A stretch of 64,000 bases of DNA. Origin: Solirubrobacterales bacterium (GTDB taxonomy: Bacteria; Actinomycetota; Thermoleophilia; Solirubrobacterales; 70-9). The notes under the pieces are model-generated. The model was given only the letters and a program-made list of their open reading frames with translations, did not search any database and had not been told where the DNA came from. Location: NCBI GenBank assembly GCA_035264245.1, contig DATFQO010000049.1:1731-65730 (forward strand), given 5' to 3'. Shown piece after piece: positions 48,601-56,327 of the stretch (position 1 is its first letter; every line of letters starts with the position of its first letter). The position numbers and the translations under genes are program-made.

Positions 48601-50561
48601 AACGAGATGGCGGACCAGGACGTCCCACCGCTCCAGCGGAGGTTGAGGCCATGAACGATGCCTGACGGGTCCCGGTAGCTGCCTACGGTCGAGCAGAAGG
48701 TGGGGCCAGCGCAGCTGATTCCGGTGAGGGCGGTACCCAGTGCACCAGTTGGCTCCGCCGGAAGCGAGGCGATCGACCACGCCGAGCCATTCCAATCGAG
48801 AGCCAGCTGATGGGTGGTGTTGCCGTCTTCGAAGATGCCAACCGCCTTGCAAAGGGCGGTGCTCGTGCAGGACACGTCTTGTAGCGATACACCGACGGCG
48901 CCGCTCACGGTGGGAGTCGACGCGATCGACCATGCGGTGCCGTTCCAGCTCATCGCCAAGGCGCGCTTTTCCCCTCCCGAATCGACATAGCGCCCAACCG
49001 CCGCACAGGAACCGGTGACGCACGAGACCCCGGACAGATGGCTGGCCAGCGAACCGCTCGGAGCGGGAGTCGTCCCGCTGGACCAGGCGGTTCCATTCCA
49101 GGTGACGCTGAGAGAACGTTCGCTTCCGGTCGAATCGAGGTAGACACCGACCGCGACGCAGTCGGAGGTGCTGCGGCAAGCCACACCCTCGAGGGCGGTC
49201 GATTTGGCACCAGCGGGAAAGGGGACATATTGCGCAGCCCAGGTAAATCCGGTCCAGCGCTGTATGAAAGCCCGTTCCACGTCCCTGCCGCGCTGGTAGG
49301 TGCCGACCCGAATGCACCACGAGAGTGAGGCGCAGGCAAGTCCCATCCTTTCGGCAGCACCGCTCTGCCCCGGAGACTGGTCCGACCAGGTCCGCTCGTA
49401 GCCGCCTGCTTCGGTCAGAGCCCACCCCGTCCCGTCGTATCTGAGGGCGAGGTTGCGATTGGCGGCGACATGGCCGTAAACAATTGACCCGCTGGCGTGA
49501 CAGAACGTTTGCGTTAAACATGCGACAGCGGTCAAATCGCTCCCGACCGCACCGACGCTCGAGATGTCCACGGACTGCAGGCTCCAGGAGGTTCCATTCC
49601 ACCACAGCGCATGCGGAAGATCGTCCTGCCCTTTGTGGAAGGTACCTACCGCGGAGCAGACCGAGGCAGAGCTGCAGGAGATTGCTTTGAGCTGGCTGCT
49701 GGTCCCGGACGGCTCCGGCGCCGACATGATCGTCCAAGTGCTGCCGAGCCACTGCACCGCGAAAGACTTCTGGATTCCGACGGAATCGAAATAGCTACCT
49801 ACTGCCTTGCAGTTGTTGGTAAGGCACGAGACTCCGGACAGGGACCCGAAGGTCGCGCCACTGGGTATCGGGATTGAGCTGGTTGACCAGGAGGTGCCGT
49901 TCCACGAGAGTGCCAGTGGTTTCGTTACCCCCGTTGAATCGGCGTAGTTCCCAACCGCAAAGCATGAGGTCGCACTGGAGCAGGAAATCGAGCTCAGATC
50001 GTTCGATTTGGAACCGCCGATGTTCGGCGAGGAGGCGACGCTCCATGAGCCTCCGTTGAAACTGATTGCGAGCGTCTGTCGAGCATTGGACGAGTTCACG
50101 TACGTCCCAACCGCCTTACAGGCCGAAGCGGAGGTACAAGCGAGGTCCGTAAGCCAGCTTGCCTTCGTACCGCTGGGCTCGGAAACAGTGGAGACCGTCC
50201 ATGCGGAGCCGTTCCATGCCATAGCCAGAGCGTGTTTCACGTTCATGCCATCGGTAGCGCTCCCAACCGCGAAGCAGGTGCTTGCCCCGGGGCAAGCAAC
50301 GCCCGAGAGAGAGCTGAGGCTGGCCCCGTCCGGCACCGGAGTGGTCTGCCTGGCCCACACCGTGCCATTCCACGCTGCGGCCTGCACCTGACTCGTCCCG
50401 ATCACATCGGAGCCTCCCACGGCAATGCAACTACTTGACGACGGGCAGGCCATATCCGCGAAATCACTCGTGGCGGATGCGGCGGCGGGTGCGAAGAGCA
50501 GCAACAGACCCAGGACCAACGCCAGTCGAGCAGTCCAGACCGTCTTTTGACCTGGGTTCAT
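45669..50561 (-). CDS. giant secreted repeat protein (1630 aa, about 27 repeats of ~48 aa)
   Basis: ATG at 50561 gives MNPGQKTVWTARLALVLGLLLLFAPAAASA. Repeat consensus L.gVSC.S...C.AVG.Y......k.LA..WNGT.WS....P.P.G. Non-repetitive acidic ~170-aa C-terminal domain. Confidence 0.85.
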   Translation of the reverse strand: MNPGQKTVWTARLALVLGLLLLFAPAAASATSDFADMACPSSSSCIAVGGSDVIGTSQVQAAAWNGTVWARQTTPVPDGASLSSLSGVACPGASTCFAVGSATDGMNVKHALAMAWNGSAWTVSTVSEPSGTKASWLTDLACTSASACKAVGTYVNSSNARQTLAISFNGGSWSVASSPNIGGSKSNDLSSISCSSATSCFAVGNYADSTGVTKPLALSWNGTSWSTSSIPIPSGATFGSLSGVSCLTNNCKAVGSYFDSVGIQKSFAVQWLGSTWTIMSAPEPSGTSSQLKAISCSSASVCSAVGTFHKGQDDLPHALWWNGTSWSLQSVDISSVGAVGSDLTAVACLTQTFCHASGSIVYGHVAANRNLALRYDGTGWALTEAGGYERTWSDQSPGQSGAAERMGLACASLSWCIRVGTYQRGRDVERAFIQRWTGFTWAAQYVPFPAGAKSTALEGVACRSTSDCVAVGVYLDSTGSERSLSVTWNGTAWSSGTTPAPSGSLASHLSGVSCVTGSCAAVGRYVDSGGEKRALAMSWNGTAWSIASTPTVSGAVGVSLQDVSCTSTALCKAVGIFEDGNTTHQLALDWNGSAWSIASLPAEPTGALGTALTGISCAGPTFCSTVGSYRDPSGIVHGLNLRWSGGTSWSAISLPSPGESRWTKLFGVDCISPSACVAVGEYADEAGHRQGLVLNGTGGAWTLGRAPEPAKTDEWSLRSIACLSGTGCMAIGDHLDNWATRRVIVANWSGATWAVDSSAEPSGASSGELRDVFCFASASCVAVGKATVSGAAGPFSATGYPGDWTIASTPKPAGASATELVDVHCSSATGCTAVGNYTSSGVKKSLAMEWNGTAWSIASVPSPAGATASELTGVACVSAISCTAVGDYTLSGVKKTLAMSWNGSAWSVVATPAPGGSTVPSELQAVSCTATNFCMATGTYTESTAKNLAMKWNGTSWSAVAIPINSESKGSALTGVACTSTTWCAAVGYDTISTERKTRGVIWNGTVWTTVGTPNGLSGYGSELRDVTCTSSTSCVAVGVSQVSGIPLTELIQAWNGTAWANSTVEEPYPFSGASPQGVSCGTYGGSTSPCLAVGNFSDEKVQKRALVQIWGAELDNRGEMSGLAGITCLQAGCMAVGRIESGLADRTEVAWQLEDSGWTAQAMPGVREGSLLDVACASLSSCTAVGSQAAGTLAERWDGIQWSVLPTPNPTGSAHSLAGLSCPSSNSCVAVGRYTSASKAVVLIEVWNGTSWSTQTAPLPAGATQAWLEDVSCPASNSCMAVGTYKDASGVKRPLGERWNGTVWSVVTVADAPASAGTEVMGVDCQSNTSCKAVGQYTIGVSSYPLSVSWNGTSWNQLAIPAPENATATYLSDVSCFGQGRCVAVGHYQAKEASGFHTLAMSWNGTGWYVEPTPNRANGISTPNSKLSAISCPAAADCAAVGTSFDSGTQTDLALSTPDISATPESGEPALELTDPAPTLTEEQVEEAQTLIAADPAFQSAIQGDNYAMTVGPWTETTATQTTNLVGVTATVAMVTPHDWEDRVWPVIGYDLEDPSYYAEGTYLEAEMKAAATEVTTLIVQLDAETDVNGNLVGGEVVMIEPVADEAGEVTYSPETLEGFEIDPNGWEY

Positions 50562-50827
50562 CTCAGCACCAGACGTCGCATCATGACCCTCCGAAATGCA
50601 CACTTGCAACTCATTGGCGAAGCCCCCCTGCGAACCAGACGCATTTGCATCGTTGGCGAGATTGATAGACAAACACATGTTCTTGTGAAGGAAGGAACAT
50701 GGTTTTAGTTACGGGATCTATACCACAAATCTAGATCCAGCTCTAACTCGGGTCCGATCACCGCCAAGCAGGGAAGGGTCGACTTGGCTCACACGCTACG
50801 GCGGCCCACGGAAACCGTGATCTATCC

Positions 50828-50856
50828 TTGACAAAACCTTTGACTAGGACTAGGTT
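50828..50856 (+). promoter_or_regulatory. near-consensus sigma-70-type promoter TTGACA-N17-TAGGTT
   Basis: TTGACA 50828-50833, 17-nt spacer, TAGGTT 50851-50856. No protein gene lies downstream on this strand, only the leader-like segment and the terminator. Confidence 0.45.
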
Positions 50857-50861
50857 GTCTT

Positions 50862-51030
50862 GGCAGCTGCTTCGGGGAGGACTGGCCGATGGCGAGCCCC
50901 CGGCGTGTCCGGACAACGGTTTCCCTGCCGCTCCGGGTTTAGGGCTGCACCCCACCCCGGCTACCTCGCCTTCCCTGTCGAGGTGAGCCCGTAAAACGAC
51001 TCCCGGTTCCCCGCCGGGGGTCGTTTTATG
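50862..51030 (+). ncRNA. candidate ~165-nt orphan transcript homologous to the TetR gene leader (sRNA or deletion scar)
   Basis: Lies between the 50828 promoter and the 50993-51027 terminator. Four colinear blocks are shared with 61780-61917 (see findings). Only a 3-codon ORF (GTG AGC CCG TAA, 50983-50994) sits where the TetR start aligns. Confidence 0.3.
50993..51027. terminator. bidirectional intrinsic terminator
   Basis: AAAACGACTCCCGG / loop TTCCCCG / CCGGGGGTCGTTTT: a 14-bp stem (one G-U) with an A-run on one side and a T-run on the other. It lies 11 nt past the stop of the 51038 gene on the minus strand and is also correctly oriented for the plus strand. Confidence 0.75.
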
Positions 51031-51037
51031 GGGGCTC

Positions 51038-51823
51038 CTATCCGCGCGCGCGGCAGCTGCGGATCAAGGTGGAGCTGAGGGTCTTGCCACCGTCGAAGCC
51101 GAAGCTCGTCCGCGCAAGGGGGAAGACGGCGCTCGAAAAGCCGGCGGGGGCAGGACAGCCGGCGAGGAGGTAGCTGCGGCTGCGGCCGCCGGCGCGGAAG
51201 CTGCGACCCAGGGTGAGCTGGATGCCGGTGACGAAGCCGGCCTGGCCGGTGACTTGCGGCAGCGAGGCGCTCAACGTGGTCGCAAAGGTGCCCTTGGCGT
51301 GGCCGATGAACAGGGGCAGCGTGTAGGAGGTGGGAACGGGGTCGGTGCCGTAGACGTGGGCAAAGATCACCGGGCGGCCGCCTTCGACGCCGTTGAAGGC
51401 GATCACCTTGCCGCGCGAGGGGAAGGGAGCCTGGCCGGGGATCGCGACGTTGGCGGAGAAGCGGCCTTCCCCCACCTTCGCGCCGCGGCAGGCCGCCAAC
51501 GCCTTCTGGGTCGTGGAGGGCTGGATCTGTTCGAGCCTGCAGGCGGGGAGGCCCTGGCGGTCGATGCGGCCCTCGCGGTTGATCGCGATCTCGATGCGAC
51601 GAAGCTGCGGCGGTTCGGAGCCGTCGGCGGTGGTGATCCTGCCGCCGATGCGGACGGTGACCGGGCGGGTGCCCTGGCGGGGCAGCTCGTGGGGAGTCAG
51701 CTGGCCGTCGAACTTCACCCGCAGACCACCCTGTTGGGCGGTCTCCGCCTCAGAGGCCGCGGCGAAGGCGGCGAGCCCCGCAAAGGCGACAAGGCCCGCG
51801 AGCTTGAGCGAGCGCAGCCTCAT
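51038..51823 (-). CDS. secreted protein C1 (single Cys-pair module, unknown family)
   Basis: ATG at 51823 forms an ATGA overlap with the B1 stop. Signal peptide MRLRSLKLAGLVAFAGLAAFAAASEA. Clear paralogue of 63225-63998. Confidence 0.75.
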   Translation of the reverse strand: MRLRSLKLAGLVAFAGLAAFAAASEAETAQQGGLRVKFDGQLTPHELPRQGTRPVTVRIGGRITTADGSEPPQLRRIEIAINREGRIDRQGLPACRLEQIQPSTTQKALAACRGAKVGEGRFSANVAIPGQAPFPSRGKVIAFNGVEGGRPVIFAHVYGTDPVPTSYTLPLFIGHAKGTFATTLSASLPQVTGQAGFVTGIQLTLGRSFRAGGRSRSYLLAGCPAPAGFSSAVFPLARTSFGFDGGKTLSSTLIRSCRARG

Positions 51824-54729
51824 CGCCGCCCGCGCTTTCGCTTGTGCTGCTTGTGCTTGGCGCATTTGACGGCGATCGGCGGCGCCGATATCGCGGTGGA
51901 GTTGTCGTGGGCGATGAAGCGGGCGCTGGCCAGTTGCGGGGCGGAGCAGAGGTTCTCGGAGTTGACGAGCAGGCCGTGCTTACCGCCGGCGAGGTTCATG
52001 GTGAACTTCGTGACGGGGGCATCAGGCAGGAGTTCGAAGGTTCCGCGCAGGCCGCCCCCCCGCGCCCTGTCGATCCGGCCCACGACTTCGACCTCGAAGC
52101 CCTGGCCGGAGAGATAGGCGACCACGTCAGGTAACAGGTTGGTCGAGGAGCGCAGGTAGACGGGGCCGCTGAGCGGTTCGGCGAGCAGTGGAGTGAGAGC
52201 TCTGGCGTAGCCGATTCGCGAGTTGGCTGGACAGGTCTTGGCCCGGAAGCGTGGCATCGTGCAGACCTGGCCGATGTGCTCCTGGGCCAAGAAGACCGAG
52301 TTCGGCAGGCTGACTGCAACTGACTTCAGGTTGGGGTCGCCGGGGCGGGGCGTGTAGGTGGCTTTCAGGGCCGGGTAGCGCCCCCGCTTCGTGCCACCCT
52401 TCAGCTTCAGGTGCAGCCTCGGCTTGAAGATGAACCCGGAGCAGTCGCTGAGCTGGAAGCGATCGCTGCTGGTAGTGGCGGGGTCGTCGGCAGGGCTGTA
52501 GAGATCCAGGCCGGCGCCGGTCAGGGTCGAGATGGTCGTGAGCGGGTCGCAGTTGGTCGGGTTGAGCGTGAAGTCGGGGCGATCGACGTCGACGCGGATA
52601 TCGCGCAGGTGGATCGGGATGCCCCTGATGATGTGGGGGATCGGATCTGAGCCGGCGGAGTCGATCGAGGCTTGCGCGCTGCGGGGGTCGATGCGGATCG
52701 CCGAGCGCACCACGACCACTCCGAGGTCGAAGGGACCGACAACGGCCGAGTCGATCGCAACCGTGGAGAGTTGGGCGCCGTGGTAGGGGCCGGCGAGGTA
52801 GAGGGCACCGGGGGCATATGCGAGGGTCCCCCCCACTCCGTAGCCGGCGAGGGTGGTGCCGATTCGGCTGGAGGCGGGGCAGCTGGGCCCCGCCAGCTCT
52901 TCGGCGCCGCCGTGGATTCCGGTGCGGGCCCGGGCGGCGGCGATCGCGGAGTCGGGGCAGACCCCGACCCCGGCCAGCTTCGCCAGGAGGCCCGGTGGGA
53001 AGGTGGCCGAGTAGGAGGTGATCTCCTGCTCGGCGTCGGTGCGGGTCATGCGCAGCTCGAAGGGCGAGTAGAAGCCGGCGGTGGGATTGAGCGAGCCTGC
53101 CTCCAGGCCCGGGTGGAAAGGCGGCAGGCCCGGGGGCGGGCACTCGCCGCCGTCGGCGCCGCGGTTGATCGGGAAGCTGGAGAAGCTCTCGAGGCGAAGG
53201 CCCGGGTCTGACCAGGGCCAGTAGTGCAACTGGGCGATGTGGGCGCCGCAGGTCGGTGGGGAGACCATCGCCGCGCGCTGGCCTTCGCGCAGGTTCAAGG
53301 TGAAGAGGTCGTAGTGGATCGGGGGCAGGTCTTCGAAGCTGACCACCAAGCGCCCGGTGGCGGGGTCGGGCTCGGCCTTGCCAAAGGACTTGAAGTAGAG
53401 ACCGCGGCGCGGCGAGGAGAGGGTGATGTAGAGCGCTATCAGGTTCTTGGCGGGGTTGGCGAAGGGGGTGGCGAGGAAGACCGAGCCTTTGAGGACTGCG
53501 GGAAGGCCTAGCAAGCCGTTGACAGAGACGGTGCCGATCTTCGAGTTGTTGGGGCAACCCGAACCCGGGAGCGAGGTGGCGCTCTCACGGACGAACTCGG
53601 CTTCGGAGCAGGTTCCGAGACCGGCGCCGAGGGACGGGTTGATGCTGAGCCCTTCGGGCAGGAGGGCGCTGACCCGTTGGATCGGCGAGCGGACCCGGCC
53701 GTTGACGTTGAGAAAGCCACCGCCGTCGTTGACGTTCAGCTCGAAGGCGATGCCGGTGGCCGCGGCGGCGCGATCGGTGAGCAGACGCAGCCTCGGGATC
53801 GCCAACACCTCGATGCAGTCGCTGACGGTGAGCGGGTCACCGCCGCTATCGCGGGAGAGGACGTTCCTGTGCTCCGCGCCGCCCTGCCAAGAGCTGACCG
53901 CCGCGCCCCATTGCAGCTGCCCGCCGCAGGTGGTGGGCAGGGTCAGGTAGGAATGGATGTGGTCGAGCGAAAGCGAGATGAAACAGGTGCCCGCGTGGAA
54001 TTCCGGGTCAGTGCTTGGATAGCGCCGCTCGATCCCGTCTTTCCAGTAGGAGGCCTCACCGTTGAAGTCGGCCGGGCTCACCTCGTTGAGGCAGTTGCCG
54101 CGTTCGACGTCGTATTTGTATTCCCACGGGGTGCCCCAGAGGGTGAGGTCGAGCGACTGGATGTTCAGCGCCTGAGTGAGGTTCTTGAGCTCGAAGTCGA
54201 GGGTGGCTTGGTCGCTGCGGTAGCGCCCGGCGAGGATCACCGGCACCCCGAAGGGGGCGAAGCCGATCGCCTCGGCGCTGCCGAAGGGTGCGGCGAGGTT
54301 GAAGAGGCCGAAGTGGCGGGTCGTGCCGCCGGCGCCGCCGGTGTGGACGGCGACGACGCCGATCTGGCTGGAGCCGGGACAGCTCTCCCCGGAGAGGCTC
54401 GCTTCGTAGGGAGAAGAGCGCCGGGTGACGAACTCACCGGCGGAGCACTCGTCGAGGGCGGCAGGGTTGGCGATCACACCGGCGGGGAGGGTAAGCCGGA
54501 GGTCGCGCAGGTCACCGTCGCTGTAATCGCCGGCCGTGTTGAGGGCAAGGTGGACCTGAAGCAGGTCAGGATGGGTGCCGGCGCCGCTCACCGGCGCGCC
54601 TTCACGCTCGATCGCGACGTCGAAGCCTTCAGGGCCTGGGAGCAGGCCAAAATCGGCGCTGGCGCTGGCCGGGGCGATAACCACCAGGCCCAGCGCGGCC
54701 AGGGCCAGCCACAGCGCCGGGTGCCTCAT
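51820..54729 (-). CDS. large secreted protein B1 (four Cys-pair modules, polybasic C-terminal tail, unknown family)
   Basis: ATG at 54729 forms an ATGA overlap with the A1 stop. Signal peptide MRHPALWLALAALGLVVIAPASASA. Paralogue of B2. Tail KCAKHKQHKRKRGRR. Confidence 0.8.
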   Translation of the reverse strand: MRHPALWLALAALGLVVIAPASASADFGLLPGPEGFDVAIEREGAPVSGAGTHPDLLQVHLALNTAGDYSDGDLRDLRLTLPAGVIANPAALDECSAGEFVTRRSSPYEASLSGESCPGSSQIGVVAVHTGGAGGTTRHFGLFNLAAPFGSAEAIGFAPFGVPVILAGRYRSDQATLDFELKNLTQALNIQSLDLTLWGTPWEYKYDVERGNCLNEVSPADFNGEASYWKDGIERRYPSTDPEFHAGTCFISLSLDHIHSYLTLPTTCGGQLQWGAAVSSWQGGAEHRNVLSRDSGGDPLTVSDCIEVLAIPRLRLLTDRAAAATGIAFELNVNDGGGFLNVNGRVRSPIQRVSALLPEGLSINPSLGAGLGTCSEAEFVRESATSLPGSGCPNNSKIGTVSVNGLLGLPAVLKGSVFLATPFANPAKNLIALYITLSSPRRGLYFKSFGKAEPDPATGRLVVSFEDLPPIHYDLFTLNLREGQRAAMVSPPTCGAHIAQLHYWPWSDPGLRLESFSSFPINRGADGGECPPPGLPPFHPGLEAGSLNPTAGFYSPFELRMTRTDAEQEITSYSATFPPGLLAKLAGVGVCPDSAIAAARARTGIHGGAEELAGPSCPASSRIGTTLAGYGVGGTLAYAPGALYLAGPYHGAQLSTVAIDSAVVGPFDLGVVVVRSAIRIDPRSAQASIDSAGSDPIPHIIRGIPIHLRDIRVDVDRPDFTLNPTNCDPLTTISTLTGAGLDLYSPADDPATTSSDRFQLSDCSGFIFKPRLHLKLKGGTKRGRYPALKATYTPRPGDPNLKSVAVSLPNSVFLAQEHIGQVCTMPRFRAKTCPANSRIGYARALTPLLAEPLSGPVYLRSSTNLLPDVVAYLSGQGFEVEVVGRIDRARGGGLRGTFELLPDAPVTKFTMNLAGGKHGLLVNSENLCSAPQLASARFIAHDNSTAISAPPIAVKCAKHKQHKRKRGRR

Positions 54730-56327
54730 CGCCCCGCCTTCGCGCGTTCGGAGCGCCCGCCCTCGTGCCGGTGGTGGGCACGGTGGTGGCGGCGCTTGCA
54801 CCCCTTGTGCTTGCGCCTCTGCTTGTGTGGCTTGCAGTTGCGAGGGAAGCTGACCGCGCGATTGCCGAGCCCCGGCAGCGAGGCGGTGGGCGGAGGTTCA
54901 TAGTCGGGCACCGGTGAGGGGCCCTGGCAGTCATCGCCGAAGCAGACCTGGGCTTCGGGTTCGGGGAAGCCACCGCCGACGCGGGCGTCATAGAGGTCGA
55001 GGGCGGCGTCGGGGTCCCGGGGCAGCAGCGGGGCACTGGTGACGAAGTAGGCATCGTCGCCCGAGGCACTGGCGCCGGCGAAGGCAGCGCCGCCGAGGCG
55101 CCCGTCAGAGATCAGAGCGAGGCAGCCGCCCGCCTGCACGCAGGTGCCCCGGCCCCCCGCCTCCCACTCATAGACGTCGGCGCTGCCGTCGGTGTCGTGG
55201 AAGAGGAGCGCGGCGGGCGAGGTGAAGAAGAAGCGGGCGCCGTCGGCGCTGGCCTGGGCACGTCCGCTCGCCGGCGGGAGGGTCGAAGGCCCAGTGGCGA
55301 GGAGCCGGGTTGAGGCACCGGCGGCAAAGCGGTGCAGGCCGTTGCTGGTGACGTAGTAGATGACGCCACCGTCGTCAGAGAGGCCGATGACGGCGAGTGC
55401 CCCGCCTGCGGAGGTGAGGTCGCTGAGGGCTTCGCTCGTCGCCTGGTAGCGGTACAGGTGTTCGCCCTGGATGAAGTAGGCCCGGGAACCGTCTCGAGAG
55501 GCAGTCTGGAAAGAGGCACCGGCGGCAACCAGGCGGCTGCCGCCGCCTTCGCGCAGGTGCAGGTTGCCGGCGAGGGTCCAGTAGACGCGCGAGCCGTCGG
55601 CGGAGACGGCGCCGGGCCCGCTGGCGAGGGCGGCGCCGGGGTCGGAGCTGATGACTTCGACGAAGCCCTCGCTCCACTCATAGAGGCTGCCCTCGGCGGA
55701 GAAGACGACGTGGTGCAGGTCGGGGCTGGCGCCTTCGAAGGCGAGCTGGAAGTCCTGAGGTTCGCTCGGCAGACTCGGAAAGGTGCTGGTGACGAGCGGC
55801 GTGAAGGTGTCGGCCTCCCGCAGGTAGAGGTTGCGGTAGCCCGGCGGAGCCCCAGGGGCCAGCGGTGGGTTCTCCACCGCGCAGGAGCCAGAGCCGTCGC
55901 GACAGCGCCAGCCGTTGTTGAGGATCGCGCTGCCGAGGTCGGCGGAGAAGAGCTCGTAGGCACCGGCGCTGTAGGTGCCGGAGAGGGCGGAGGGGGTCAC
56001 GTTCTCGCTGCTCCAGCCGGCGGCGCCGCGGGTGGCGAGGTACTGGTTGACCGGCAGTGAGCCGACCGCCTCGCCGAAGGAGGCGGGCGAGCCAAAGGCA
56101 ACTGCTCCGTCCTGCACGCCGGCCTGCAGGACGCCTGTGAAGAAGCTACCCGGCGGCCCGACCACGCCGCCGTTCTTCTCGACCGGGGAGACCAGCTCGA
56201 AGGCGCGGGAATCGAGCCCGCCGGGCGGCCCCGCCGCCGTGGCTGGGCCGGCGAGGGCGAGCAAGGCGGCGGCGCAAAGCGCCGCCGCGATTCCCGCCGC
56301 GCGGGGGTGCCGAGAGCCCGCGCTCAC
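54726..56327 (-). CDS. secreted PD40/TolB-like beta-propeller protein A1 with Cys-containing polybasic tail
   Basis: GTG at 56327 forms a GTGA overlap with the B2 stop. Signal peptide. PD40-like strands (VSADGSRVYWT, ASRDGSRAYF, ASADGARFFFTS, DVYEW). C-terminal LDLYDARVGGGFPEP..C.GDDCQG plus tail. Confidence 0.8.
   Translation of the reverse strand: MSAGSRHPRAAGIAAALCAAALLALAGPATAAGPPGGLDSRAFELVSPVEKNGGVVGPPGSFFTGVLQAGVQDGAVAFGSPASFGEAVGSLPVNQYLATRGAAGWSSENVTPSALSGTYSAGAYELFSADLGSAILNNGWRCRDGSGSCAVENPPLAPGAPPGYRNLYLREADTFTPLVTSTFPSLPSEPQDFQLAFEGASPDLHHVVFSAEGSLYEWSEGFVEVISSDPGAALASGPGAVSADGSRVYWTLAGNLHLREGGGSRLVAAGASFQTASRDGSRAYFIQGEHLYRYQATSEALSDLTSAGGALAVIGLSDDGGVIYYVTSNGLHRFAAGASTRLLATGPSTLPPASGRAQASADGARFFFTSPAALLFHDTDGSADVYEWEAGGRGTCVQAGGCLALISDGRLGGAAFAGASASGDDAYFVTSAPLLPRDPDAALDLYDARVGGGFPEPEAQVCFGDDCQGPSPVPDYEPPPTASLPGLGNRAVSFPRNCKPHKQRRKHKGCKRRHHRAHHRHEGGRSERAKAGR

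Noticed and set aside
50860-50875. Sigma-54-like TGGCA motif (TTGGCAGCTGCTTCGG, also at 61795-61810)
   Set aside because: The downstream element does not match TTGC at the required 4-5-nt spacing. Actinobacteria generally lack RpoN. The motif is better explained as part of the conserved leader/operator block.
50758-50955. 65-aa minus-strand ORF in the 476-bp intergenic region
   Set aside because: It has no SD and no hydrophobic or conserved pattern. It spans the candidate promoter and leader-like element, so the region is better explained as regulatory or RNA.
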